Assembly: GCA_050084515.1 (NCBI GenBank)
Contig: CM114271.1
Coordinates: 6,448,001 to 6,512,000 of the forward strand
Length of the DNA: 64,000 nucleotides
Direction of reading: 5' to 3'
From: Blasia pusilla
Taxonomy: Eukaryota
A model generated the notes under the pieces. The model was not told the DNA's origin and made no database searches. It was given only the letters and a program-made list of their open reading frames with translations. Position numbers and translations under genes: made by a program. Numbering within the stretch: position 1 is the stretch's first letter; each line of letters opens with the position of its first letter. Below are positions 1-13,495 of this stretch, in pieces.

Positions 1-3000
1 AAACGGGCTACAACCCTTATGAGCTTACAATGCATGTCATGATGCCCTTGGAAAGGGGATATTGCCCTCTTTCTAGAAATATTAAGTTTCTAATTAAAGA
101 ATATTTTTAAAATAAGAAATATGGAGTAAAATCTGCGTGTGTAGCATGAGGAATTTTGAGCTACCCAACTTTGCAAGAAGTTTTCATCCGCCCTACCATC
201 ACTTGAATTTTCCAAGAGGTATCACTATCATCATGTATCATCTATGTTTATAAGTGATATTTTACCTTGTTTTCAAAACAAAAAAAACCCCATCTCTTCT
301 TGGTCTAGTTTATCCTTGAAAGTTTTCATTTTGATAACCCAATAGGGGCACCCTATGTCTCCCTATCCACTCAAGTTCATGAACAAGGGATTAACTGTGA
401 TGCGTGTTTGACCATGTTTCAAGTTTGATTTAAAGTACTATATGAGATGTACCTTGAAGAAATAATCAACGTAATCTGTTATAGATAAGTGATTGTGGAG
501 AGGTTGGTCGAGGCTTACGGAAGAGGCTTCCCAAGAAGATGACACACACTTGAGAAGACTAGGACCCGACTAGAGCTTGGCGGCTTCTTGACTACTAATG
601 GAATGCGCAAAAGGTCGAGTCTCAAGATCGACTTTTTCCTACAAATCTCAAGGTCGAGAGTGCTTTGAGATGAAGCAAGGAGGAGTAGAAGTTGTCCTAT
701 ATGATGGCGAGCGACTTGGGGGAGATTGGTCAAGGTTGACTTCCAAGGGAGATTGTACGCACTTGGAGAGGCTTGGACTTGATTATCACTTAACAACTTT
801 TCAAATACCTATGGAACTTGCAATGGGTCGAATCTTTGAGATTCAACCCAAGACTTCTACTTCCAAAGCTTAAGAAGGTATGTTTAAAATTAGTAGGTGC
901 ATTTTTTGTTATTTCTAGAGTGTTGGTCTTCATGGACTCCATTAACTAAGTGACATTTGTTCCTCTAACATTGGAGGTTCTCTAATTTCCACAAAGCTTC
1001 CAATAAAACTGTATTTGAACCCCTTTTTTTTTGTATCCACGAAAGGTGATAGTGAGATGAGATAAGATAAGGTAAGATGAGGTGACAATCTGCTTGTTTG
1101 AGAAAGGATAAGTACCCCAATTGAATTGGAGGACGAGAAGTTGACTAATAGAATTGCCAAAGTGGAGGTTGATTTGAGAAATCAGAAGTCGTGAAGCTAC
1201 TTTAATGTGTTGGATGAAGCTGTCAATACTTTTAAGGGAAAATATGTTGGGAAGGTTAGTTTTTCCTTAGCTTACGTCTACTTTCCTTGCCTTAGCTTCA
1301 ATATTTTTGTCAAACTCTTTTGGAAACTATCTTTGGGAAAATAGCAATGGGTTGTAACTCCAAGCCTAATATCTTTAGAGGTATAGCTTCTCAAATCTGA
1401 AATTGAGAAAGCTAGAAATTTAGTAAGTGCATATCTGAATCTCTCTCGCTTTCTTCAAGCGATTGCTTTGACTCCCAAGACGTGCTAGATTACATGGATC
1501 CTCTTGGACCTTCGATACGCAACTCGTGTTTCAAGCCCACTCAAGACTCACGAGTCTTTCTTTGCTCTCCATCGTCGACTAAAGCCGAAAAAATTATCTT
1601 CTTTCGTTCCTTATCCAATCCATAAGGAGAAATGTGAAGAGAGATGTGAAGTGCATAGCAATAGCAAATTTTTTTGCCTTACATACAATTTCCTCTAATA
1701 CTTTTAGGTTTGCTAGTTCGACCTTAAGCTATTGAATTTCTAGAAAGCAAGGCATATAAGTAATATGCATGTAGCGATTTAAGTTTAAAAAACTAGAAAA
1801 AGAAATTCCATAAAAAATGAGTTTACATGACTCACTTATTGAGTTTTCGGTCATACTTTTGAATTGTGCTACTTGACGCGAGTGCATTGCAAGGGTGTTC
1901 TCACTAGTACACTTTACTAGAGATAGTTCCCTCTTCTTTAAGTGTAGGTCTTGAATAGAGTTTGTAATTTAATAATGATGCTAACTTGGACTTATGTGCT
2001 TAATTCATATACTCTTTCTTCTTTGAAAAAAATCTTTCATGGGTTCTACAAGTTTCAATAAATTTTGGATCCCCACGCATACTAGTTATCTTCAAATTAT
2101 TACATCATGATTACCTTATGATTTGTTTAGAGCCTTTAGGCCAACCCAAGCCTTGCTAGTGTTTTGAGAATAATTATTGTGAGTTTTAAAAAATTTGGAT
2201 TCTTTCATGGCTCACATCTATCTTGCATATTGCCGAATGGAGAACTAAACATTTTATCCCTTTTCATTAGAATACAATTTTTTCCCTTGCTTGTGAGAGT
2301 GATTCCATCTATATAATAATTAGCGATCACATATGCATAATACGACAAGATAACAGGACAATAAGACAAAATAGGCAACATCCTGATTTTTTTTGCCTTA
2401 GCCCTATTAGATGGTTAGAAATCGAACAAAGGAAACGAATAGGGATTTGAGTCGAATATATATTAATAATTAATTTTATATTATAATGGGTGATTATAAA
2501 TATTAAAAAATTATAAGAATTATGATACATAACTAAAATTTTAAAATTCTTACCTCAATTCATATTTGATGGAAAAAAAGAATAAAATTTAATGGAGGAG
2601 TAGATTTTTTTTGAATTTTATGGAAAGATAAAATTAATTAGTGTTTTGGGATATCTTTTAAATTTGAATGGAGGATTGTAATTACTAAGAATAATGAAAG
2701 TGAAATGTTATTACTCTTCTAAGGTTTTAGAAAATAAAAATCATGTTTAAAATTTGAAATAAATAAAATAATAATTTTGAAAAAATAATCGTATTAATTC
2801 ACATATGATATTTCGGAAAAGGAAAATTATTTTGTTATTTAAAATTAGTTAAGATTTTTGTGAGTGAATATTATTATGAATAGTTAATAGGAAGCATAAG
2901 AATAGTTATTATTTGAACTTTTAGGGAGGATTGAAATATTTAAAGGAGATGGGTGTTATTTAAAAGTGAAATTTTATTATTCTTTTAAGATTTTAAAAAA

Positions 3001-4977
3001 TAAAATTATTATTAAAAATTGAAAATTTAAATATAATTTAAAAAATTGTTTTTACACATGTTTTAAAATCTTTATTGATATGTGATAATTTAAAAAAATA
3101 TAAACTTATAAATATATGAAAAAAATTTGAATTTATACACACCATCATTAATCTCTCACTAACAAAAATTTTCCATGCATCAGTATCCTAAAAGGCAGAC
3201 GTGAATCCTTATGTGATTTCTTCATGAAACTAGGTTGATCTTCTTATGTGCCAAGGAAGGTTTGGCACATACATGTCGAATTGAAGCATGTTGAACAAAA
3301 GAGTGTTTCTACATCCATCCACAGATTATCTTTTCGAGACATGGCGGTGTCATGCTTACCACCACATCCAAGATATATAACTGATGTAATCCACATAATT
3401 CGAGTTTGGGTCTGAACTCAACTATCGGATAGCAGATCGAATCTCCTACGGCTAGTTTTAATTTCTTACGTACATGGCTAAATATATACCATGAGTGGAT
3501 AAGCACAAAAGGTAAATACCAGTCAGAGGTTGAACTAGCCGAGTGTTCACCCGACTGTCCTACTCACCTCCGTTATCCTACACTTAGTTTAGCCGAGATA
3601 TTAGCGAGTTTGATGGTGGGAGACAAAGCGGAGGCGGAAGACGATCGGCGCACTGAGGCCTTTTTCCATTTATTATTACTCCTGGGGTCGAACGGGCGGG
3701 CACAAGCGACGGATAGGGCAGACAGAGTAGCTGTTCCGAAAGGCCGTCGTCACGGAAATATGGGAAGCGCTGTCCGTCGGATGTTCCATCGCTCGGTCCA
3801 GAGTAGTGGGTAGTAGTAGGTGCGGGTAAGCGGAGTTCACATGTAGTAATTCGGTGTGGGATGGAAGAGACTCGAGATATGAGAGAGTGACAGCTCGAGC
3901 GGACGCGATGAGGGAGAATTCAGGAGAGGAGAGGAGAGGGTCGAACATCTCTCGAGTCAAACCCACACCACTTGCAGCGCCGAGTTTGTCGGGGGCTGCG
4001 GTTCAGCACAGCTCTCTCTTTTTAACGGCTTCTTAAGTTCTTGTACTCTCGCACATTCCCGACTTCACACTTCACAGGCAGTTGGTTGGAAAGCGGACGA
4101 AGAGGAGCCCCGTTGAGATGATGAAGTCTGGAGGGCCCGTGAATTATTGCGAGCGTGAGCAGTAGCGAGAGGAGGGTACAGTGCGGCTGCTGAACGTCGG
4201 TACTAACCGCCCGCGAGACAGGAGGAGAAGGAAACGGACCTTCACACCACGGGGACGATAGATCGGTTGTGCTTCGCTTTCGGGCCGCAGCTGCGACACA
4301 ACAAGCGAGGTGAGTCTCTTCTCGCCGTCCATGCTTCTGTGGATGGCGCGGATCGTGCCAATATTTCCAAGTCTTTATTTTTTAGAGTTCGCGCAGTCTC
4401 CTCACATTGAATGTTTTGTGCGGTGCGGTGTCTGGCTGCCTTTGCATTTCTGCAAAATCTGTCTACGGTGGGAACGAATTCCGTCGGTTCATGGGAAGGG
4501 CTCGCGGGTCGTTTCAGAAATGGGAAGCTTCGAAGACAGTAGTAGGATGTCATTGATCTGTGCTATGTACAGCGGGTCAGTGGACGTTCTGGTCTAGAGC
4601 ATCCTCGACGTCGAAGCTCCCGTTCTGAATCGGTGGGGGTTCTGGATCTCGACTTGACCGTCTGTCTGTACATGGAATTCTTGTGATGGTGATACTCGTC
4701 GTTCACTAGGGCTCTGCAGCCCACCCAATCTAGCGCTCCTCTCTCCACACGAAGGGGGAACGCCCATTCTGTCAGGGCATCAGGGTGGTGAGGGGGTGTG
4801 CTTGCAAGGTCAAGAGACCGCTGTAACGCTTCTCATTGAGGCTCCTCTTTTGAGCTTTTTGTATGCGGACTCCTGAAGTGCCGTGCTGACTACGAACATT
4901 GTGGCTCTGCAGCTGTGGAGCAGTGAGAATTCGAGTCGAACTTCGTCAAATTGTTTCGGCTTGAAACTTGAGCCAAG

Positions 4978-6962
4978 ATGGCCGGAGGTGGCATAGTCGT
5001 CGGGCATACCGGAAGGGAATATGAGGGCCGTGTCACACTGTTCGTGGCACTGGCCTGCGTCGTTGCAGCCAGTGGTGGTCTCATTTTCGGTTACGATATC
5101 GGAATTTCAGGTGCGTTTTGTCCCTCCTCGTTTGTCCTCGGCATTTCGGTTTCGCGCTCAGTGTGAATTTGGACTGTGCGCTTGAACCATGCCGGTCGAG
5201 TCGCTCGCATGCCATAGCTCCTACGGTCGTCCGCGTCGAGTTCGGTCGAGCTTCCAGGGTCAGGAGATTTGTTTGCGAAGACTGAACATGGGGCGACTAC
5301 TGTGGGTGGACAGGTGGGGTTACATCCATGGACAGTTTCCTCGGAAAATTCTTCCCGTCAATTCTCAAAAGGCGGACCAAAGGCAGAAACGCCTACTGCC
5401 TATACGATAACCAGGGTCTGCAGATTTTCACATCCTCTCTGTACCTTGCGGGTTTGATCGCCTCCTTCGTCGCCTCTTGGACAACCAGCAGGTGGGGTAG
5501 ACGTCCAACTATGCTGATTGGAGGCGTGTCCTTCTTAGTGGGATCCGTGCTTAACGCGGCAGCGCAAAATTTGACAATGCTCATTCTTGGGCGTATCATG
5601 CTCGGTGTCGGTGTCGGTTTTGCCAATCAGGCCGTGCCACTCTATCTGTCCGAAATGGCTCCCGCTAAGCTCAGGGGAGCTTTGAACATCATGTTTCAGA
5701 TGGCCACGACGCTCGGTATCTTGGCAGCCAATCTAATCAACTACGGTACCGGGAAGGTGAACTGGGGCTGGCGGCTGTCCCTCGGATTGGCTGCAGTGCC
5801 GGCATCCATCTTGACCTTGGGTGGTCTATTCCTGCCCGAGACTCCCAACAGTTTGATCGAGCGCAACCGTAACGACGAAGGGAAGCAGATGTTGCAGAAG
5901 ATCCGTGGCACACCGAATGTGGCGGCAGAATACGATGACATTGTGGTCGCCAGCAATGCCGCGTCTCAGATCCGACACCCGCTTCGCAATCTCCTGAGGA
6001 GGAAGTATCGCCCGCAGCTGACGGTGGCCATCTTGATTCCGTTCTTCCAGCAGGTGACCGGTATCAATGCCATCATGTTCTACGCTCCAGTGATATTCAA
6101 GACCATTGGTTTCGGCAACGACGCAGCTTTGTACTCTGCCGTCATCACGGGAGCAGTCAACGTCGTGGCCACTTTTGTCTCCATCGGTGTCGTTGACAGA
6201 TGGGGTCGAAAAATCCTGTTCTTCGAGGGTGGGATTCAAATGTTATTCTCTCAGGTAACAATCTAATGCCTCGTTACAATCTGTCCTTCGACGACATTTA
6301 CTTATTCACAGCGGTTGCCCCCGTCTTCCCTAGAGCCGAGTTCTTCCCACTCAGTCCCGTCAGTCGCGCACTTCCGCGAAGTCTCGTAGTGCTTCTACTT
6401 ACAAGACTAGTCGTATGAATAAGTTGCTGCCGCTCGTTCCTGTTGTAGCTCCTGAAGGTTGTGGTGCCGTGGGGAATTGCAGATCGCCATCGCGGTGGTG
6501 TTGAAATACAAGCTGCCCTTGGAAGTGGGATCGACCCTTCCCAAATCATGGGCCGCGGTAGTGGTGGTCCTGATCTGCATTTACGTCGCGGCGTTCGCCT
6601 GGTCATGGGGCCCTCTAGGGTGGTTGGTGCCTAGCGAAGTCTTCCCTCTCGAGATCCGGTCCGCAGCGCAGTCCGTCACCGTATCCGTCAACTTCCTCTT
6701 CACCTTTGTGATCGGTCAGGCGTTCCTCACTATGCTGTGTCACTTCAAATGGGGCATCTTCCTGTTTTTCGCAGGCTGGGTTCTGGTCATGACGGTGTAC
6801 ATCTACTTCTTCCTACCCGAGACCAAGAACACGCCCATTGAGGACATGGGTGATGTCTGGAAGCGTCATTGGTTCTGGAAGAAGTATTGCGAAGAAGAGA
6901 ATTACTACAATAACTCACTGTCGGCGGATGCAGAGAAGAACCGCGAGAACCTCAAATTGTAG
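4978..6962 (+). CDS. STP: Sugar transport protein (STP/MST family hexose:H+ symporter, MFS); exons 4978-5110, 5314-6254, 6483-6962
   Basis: The exons join in frame across GT-AG introns ([14 protein letters not shown] and MLFSQ|IAIAVV). Typical STP motifs: [88 protein letters not shown]. The specific paralogue cannot be assigned. Confidence 0.95.
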
Positions 6963-9924
6963 GTCGATGATGGGTCAAATTACGTCACAGTGACACCAAA
7001 TTTTTTTCTTTTCCGACTTTTAGGGGAATAGTGTGTATATATATATACCATTTGAGCAGAACAAGTTTCCGTCGTTCGTTGATATCAACTGTTCCTTCTG
7101 CTTTAGATTCGATTTCGATTTTATCAACACGGCATTTGAGACACAGGCGCAAACAACGACAGTCCCCAGACGAACTTCCCTCCGGGTTTAAGTAGATCCG
7201 AAGACAGAAAGACGCCGCCTACTTTTTCAAGTAGGTGGACGATTTAGCACGCAGGCTTGAACCGCAGTTTATTTGTGCCCAACAAGTTCACTAGCTCATT
7301 ATCCAACAGCGTTTCCTCCTCGCGGGAGTGTTTTGTTCCTAGCCATTTATTCAACTGAACTGTTGGGTGCCCGATGTTCTGTCTTCGATAACGGCCTCCC
7401 AAAATGAATGGGCAACTAATCACTCCTCCTATCTTGACATGACCATTTAATGTAAGCAGACACTCTGAGCATGCATGTGCCTTGCGATTTATGATGTGAA
7501 AGCGCATGTAATTCTCTCTCCAGCCGAGTGTGTTCACGTTGGGTGATAGTGACTGTTGATTACCGCTGGTAAGTCATTGTGGTGGTATCATGAAATCCTC
7601 GCGTCTTATCACCTCCTCGTCCCTCTGCTTTTCGGCTTAAACTCAGCACGTGGAGCACCTCCTCTCGACAGATAGGTCTCTTCCATGGATGAACTCCACG
7701 ACCAGAGGTCTAACATCCGACTCATTGACTTTGTTTTGTTGGCCGTGCAAGAAAGTTGGTACATTTCACTGGTCGTCGTAACGAACACAGAGAGAGAAAG
7801 GTCCCTGAAAAGAGACAGGAATGGACGTTGAGACAAAACAAGCTGCGTGACAGCGTGACTCAGAATAGTACATCGGAACTTAATAAATCGTCAGAATGCC
7901 TATTCTCGAAACCTCGAGATGCTGAGAACTCAACGCCCAGCCTGGACTGCTTTAACATGATGATGATGTAAACAATTCAACCCTTCAAGCCCTCGTTCCC
8001 CCATCTATGATGGTCATTGCACACTGCGGGCGTGCCACGTGATGCGTCAAAGTTGCCCGCTGTCAATTTAATATGTCTGCGATACCTCTCCCAGCTTACA
8101 GACTCGACCCTGTCGGTGGAAGGAGCGAGAAAAAGGACGCAGCGGTTGAATCCACGCTCTACAATCGTATTCGACAATTGATTGTCGCCGGAGATCCGAT
8201 GGAGAAGGTGAAGGGAAGATGAACCTCACTGGCGAAGCGTGCGCACGGTGTGAAAGCTGATCCGGTCGTCTACGCACAGTAGCGAATTGTTGTAATATCG
8301 TATCAGTGAGCGAAAGTAGTCAACAATCCACTGCGGAGCTACGGTGGCCAAGCGTGTGCCCATCCACTCCACTGAATGCCGAACGGATCGCGAACAATAG
8401 ACACGTGAGCGCGGGGAGCGTTCCAGGGACCAGAATACTCTCCCCCGCAGGCTGAACCAAAGTTTCACCGCCGGAGGAGTGCGGAGGCCGGAGGTCCGCC
8501 GGAGGATGGTTGCGGCTCTCGCTCGTCAACCATCCCAAAACCTTAGATTCGGAAACAGGAGCCCACCGCGCGTCCAACCACCTCTACTGGCGGACACGCG
8601 GACCCTCGCAGGATGACGACCGCCATCCACCGAAGGTTTGCGAAAGACGGGCATCAACGGAAAGTGGAGGAACGAGTCCGGACACCCGGATTCCAAGCGA
8701 GGCCAGTCGTCACGGAATGGATCATGAGTCATGACTAGCCCATTCACCTATCACGTCTCTGACCTCTGACCGGTACACTGTACTCCGCGATTGCTTGCAC
8801 TCAGGGCCCGGCCGTCCTTTAACGAGCGAGCGGGAATCGCCCGTGTGACGAAAGGCTAGAAAAGGTGTTGGGAAGATCGAAGGTTGCTTCAAGACTCCAA
8901 GTTCGTTGTGACATACTTGTTGGACCACAGTCCTACTTGTGAGGGACCTCGACATGACGATAGCCTACGACGCTATGCTTGAGCAATCGTCGTCCGAGGA
9001 AGAACATTCATGAAGAAGTGGAAAACAGGAGGGATACAAAAGATTCAAGTAGCTTCACTAAACTTGGTCCATAATGTGGGCAGGATTTGGAGATTTCCGA
9101 CCAGATCTAGAAAGTCGACATGAAAACTCTAGAGAGTTTCTAATTATGTCATAGGAGGAGGAGTCGAAGCAAAAACGAGCCAGAAATATTTCCTATCCTC
9201 CAATTTGTGGAAAAGTAATATGCTTGGAAGATATCTCCTAAGGAAACCAACTAACCTTAACTTTAGAGGGAAAGGGAAAGGGTACTCCCACCTTTCTTCT
9301 TCATTTGAGTTAGGTCTACAAATAGGGTCCTCTAAAAGTTATTACGTTTGTTGCAAGGGCTCTCGCAGGAAGACCCACTTACTCCCACAAGTATACTTGC
9401 TCCATCTATGACATGACTTTAAATTGTGCCATGTTTCTTGTTAAACTCCTCACTAGTATATTCCCCCCACAACTTCACTTTTATTGTAGTGAGGGGGCCA
9501 CACTCCTTCAAATAAAATGCTAAACCCTCGACTAAAATCCTTCCTTCCACACTCAATCGCTTATCAACATACAAGCCCCTCGCTATTAAGCATAGTTTTT
9601 GAATATCTAGATCTTTGTGGTTGCTTTATTTGTCAAATTCAACAAGTGGATCTATCTTACTATATAAGATGTCTATACATTGTACTCTATCTCTAAGCCC
9701 TCATAGTTTTTTGGCTATGGATAAGCCTCCTTCAATTGTTTGCCCTTTGGATATAGGAGAGGTTTTATACTTATTGATTAGTTGACAACTATGCTTGCAG
9801 TTTCAACCCCACTTTAGCGTCCACTTATTTCCTCGTCAATTTGGAGTAGACACCCCTACCATGGTGGTTGTGAAGTAGTAGTTTATGGGATATGATCCAC
9901 TATGGATATTCATCAAGATCGGAT

Positions 9925-10082
9925 ATATTTAATTCAATATCTCATGCGGCCATATTTTAGGAGTTACACTCTGCATGAGGATAATTAGTGAGTCTCATTC
10001 CATTTTTTGCTCCTTCTATGCCTTTGATATGCCTATTATCTATCCTCACCATGCTCCTTTTAGAGAATACATTATTTTCCAA
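9925..10082 (+). pseudogene. Degenerate non-LTR (CRE-like LINE) reverse transcriptase relic, 5' part; continues at 20466-20978 and 22000-22170
   Basis: Translates to IFNSISHAAIF (like the RT motif NAFNSxSR). After the inserted Gypsy it continues as MRQGDPMGAPIF...LFPSI, and after the solo LTR as FGGLGL. An uninterrupted copy lies at 32505-33175. Confidence 0.6.
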
Positions 10083-10720
10083 TGTCGTGCGGATACACAT
10101 CGCTACACAACATACATCGCTATCATCGAACACACACATAAACACACACCATCCCTTACTAACTCACGGCATCCAAACAACAAGAAGAGGAGTATCAAAA
10201 TATTTCCAATAAAATGAAGTAGATCTCGCATCAATGTCTCACACCAAGCTCTCCATGGTGTGCACTCTCTCTCATGTCAAACCAAACCCACTCTCCTAAT
10301 GAAAGGCTTGGCTTACACACACAAGGCAAGGAGGACCATAGCTCCGCCGCCTCATGCCGAGAGGTTCAACAAAGAGAGAATCAGTTCTCAAGCTCTCTCT
10401 CTTGGAGGTATATCCCCTTCCCTCTCCCAATCTCTCTTCTTAGTTACCTATGCTCGCAGGTCACCTCCTTGGCTCTTGGCCTGCTGTAGCAGGTCAAGGG
10501 CCACTTACCAAAGTGGAAAGTCAACTATACTCCGAATGGCAACTTACCCAAAATAGTATGTTCATCTATATGGCTCCAAATGAGCCGAAACGAAGGGGAA
10601 ACGTGCTCTCTTGGGTTACCCGCGACCTCAACAGGTTATCCTCGACCTCTTGAGGCTGCCCTCCAGAATCTCCGAAGGCGCTCTCCTAGATCTCGCCGAT
10701 CTATCCTAAAAGATGTGATA
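10083..10720 (-). repeat. Terminal repeat unit A-B (LTR-like) at the 3' end of copy A
   Basis: On the minus strand it starts TATCACA (family consensus TGTCACG) and ends CACGACA. 10215-10720 is a direct repeat of 19976-20468, and 10083-10210 is a direct repeat of 10723-10850. Confidence 0.8.
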
Positions 10721-11030
10721 ATTGTCATGCGCATGCACATCGCTACACAACATACATCGCTGTCACCGTACACACACATAAATACGCACAATCCCATGCT
10801 AGCTCATGGCATCAAAATAATAAGACGAGGAATACCAAAATATCTCCAATCCTCCCTCTGGCTGGTGGTTAGGTCCCTCTAACTCCACATAGCCATCTAT
10901 CCCTACCTACCATGACATACATCTCTTGGACGCCAAGAGCAAAAAGACCGAGTGCTCATGTGGCCCCATCGTTAGTTGCCTTCTTATCATCCATGTCACT
11001 AACACAAGTCTGAATCTAGAATTACCTACT

Positions 11031-12400
11031 CTATGTACATCTAGGACACATCCATCGTCCTTGAGGAACCCTAGTGAGAGGTGGCGTCAGACATGCCATA
11101 TGCCACCCTCTCGAACATCCATCATAGACTAGCGTAGTGACTGCACCACGGGCTGAACCACATAACATATATTGCAAGCCTGTAGGATCTACAAATAAGC
11201 TCGGATCAACTGTACCGTCAATTTTAGGAAGGTGACATGATGCACAATTACGCACTTGATCCTTCCAAACCATACCATTATGTCCCTCCAATAAGAGAAT
11301 ACCAGATGGCAAAACCTCACACACTCTCAAGATGGTGCGCCCTGCAGTCACATCCAACATCATGGATGTTGTCTGCTGCAAGTAGACATAGTCTCCGTGA
11401 TAAAACCTACAGATAGTAGATCGATAGCCACCTCCCCAAATAGTTGCATACCTCAACGTATCCCGATGCTACGCAATTGCCAAGTTCTCAAACGCCATGG
11501 GCATCACTCTCCGAAATAACTCAACTCTCTAAGAACATGCTCGCATCCATACATCAGGGTCATCAAGGATCAACACCTCACCAACATCTCGGCAAATGGC
11601 CGCAAGTAAATCTGGCTCTCGGCCATAAAGTAGCAAGTACAATGAGAAAGCTGCTAAGGATGCTTGCATGTTGAATCTGTATCCCATCGCCAACCACGGC
11701 AATTGGAGGTCCCAATCTCCTAGGTGACCTCTCTGCAAGCCATACTTGCGTAATCCTCTCTTCACCGTCTGCACAACCCTCTCTGCTAGTCCATCCGCCT
11801 CAGGATGATCTTGCAAAGTGGTGCGGTGGTCGATTAGCGCCTGATGATACAAAGCCTGAAACTCCCCGTGAAACTCTGTACCGTGGTCTATCAACACCTC
11901 AGCTGGTGCACCGTAATGACTCAGAACTCGATTTAGGAAGGCATACGTTACTCCCTCACTCGCTTTGTTAGGCAATGCAACCAACTCTATCCACTTCGAG
12001 AAGTGCTCGACCATCACCAACACATAACGACTATGGCGCTCTATCAAAGGTAAAGGTCCTATAAAATCCAAACTCCATCTATGACCTAAACCCATGATCA
12101 AAAGTGGATGCAATTGTGGAGTCGGAGCATGGAACAATGTCTGGACCCGATCACAAACCATGGACCTGTCAAAAAACTACTGAACGTCAGTCTGCATGCC
12201 TTGCCACCAATATTGTATCTGGAGCAAGCTGTATGTCCGCTTCACTCCAAAATGACCCAACTCCTCCTGGGCATGATGCACCAAACGTGCTCTCTGCAAA
12301 GGATGAGGCACTACATGAATTCTACGATTCTCCCAAACTCGTAACACATGTGTCCCCTCCCACCGGAACCGTCTGGCTCGCTGTAGGATCGGATCATGCT
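11031..12400 (-). pseudogene. Gypsy integrase with C-terminal PHD finger (copy A)
   Basis: Integrase core in ORF 11529-12161. The ORF 11031-11456 C-terminus QYMLCGSARGAVTTLVYDGCSRGWHMACLTPPLTRVPQGRWMCPRC fits the PHD pattern C-x2-C...C-x2-C-x4-H-x2-C-L-x-PPL...W-x-C-x2-C, with two Cys decayed to Tyr. Confidence 0.85.
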
Positions 12401-13138
12401 CTCTAGCACCCCTTGTGCTCGTGACGCTGCCAGTATACATGTACTCCAAGACTACTCCATTGTTGTGAATGTCTCGGCCACTTGTCGTCTCCTCATCGGC
12501 CTCTAGATCTAAGGATTCTCCATCAGACCTTGCCATCGAAGTTTCAGCAATGTGGCTCTTCATAGCCAACAAGCCCAAATAGGCTGACGCGTGCCATCCT
12601 GGCACCAACTCCTCATCACTCGTACCATGACAACGAGATCCAGTCGCATCTTGCTGACTCGGGCATGGGTTACGGCTCAAACCATGTGCATCCTGGTTGA
12701 GCGTCGCACGTCTATGCACCACCTGGAAGTCATACTCCTGCAACAAAAGAGCCCACCTCGCAAGCTTCCCTGCATGTAAGCTTGTCGGACTCCATCAACC
12801 ATTTAAGTGATTGATGATCAGTAATGATGATAAAGGGATTGCAGAATAGATAACACCTGAAATGTGTGACAACCCACACCGTAGCCAAGCACTCACCCTC
12901 ATACGAGCTATACTTCGCCTCTAGAACGTTGTTTGAGCGACTAGCATAAGCCACCACGAACTCTCTACCATCATCGTCATGCTAGATAAGCACAGCTCCA
13001 AGCCCAACATGCTCCAATCGGTATGCAATTGGAAAGGGTGCCCCTTGATCGGTCTCCTCAATATAGGCGCGGATGTCAATCTGTCCTTGAGTAGTTGAAA
13101 TGCTCTCTCTTGCTCATCCCCCTAGTGCCACTCTTGAT

Positions 13139-13495
13139 CAAGGTTGCATGTGGACAAATTTCGTGTCCATGGATATATCCATGTCCGTGGACTTATGTCC
13201 GTCTTATGGAAGGACTTGTCCGTATGGGCCCCACCTTTCCCTTCTCTCATTTCCCTTACTTTCCTTTGTGTTCCATACTCCTCTATTTTTTCCTCCCTCC
13301 ACCTCCACTCCCTCCTCCCTCATTGCTCCTCTCACCCTTGCCTTGCCTTCCATCATGGACTAAAAGTGTGGATCCCACCTCTTGTAACCCATGTCCATGG
13401 ACATGTCCAGACTTGTTTGTCCATGTCCATCCTAAACGGACAAGTTCTTCCATGTCCGTTCTAAGGAAGAACTTGTCTGTTTTTGTGCAACGATG
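13139..13495. mobile_element. hAT-like MITE inserted in the RT/RNase H linker of copy A
   Basis: 8-bp TSD ctcttgat/ctcctgat (13131-38 and 13496-503). Imperfect TIRs CAAGGTTGCA / TGCAACGATG. Many subterminal TGTCC/GGAC motifs. The pol frame (KVDQE|WH) resumes when it is removed. Confidence 0.7.

Noticed and set aside
2300-3180. Very AT-rich block
   Set aside because: Low complexity; no clear TIR/TSD or coding signal.
7600-9500. GC-rich short ORFs downstream of STP
   Set aside because: No recognisable domain or consistent exon chain.
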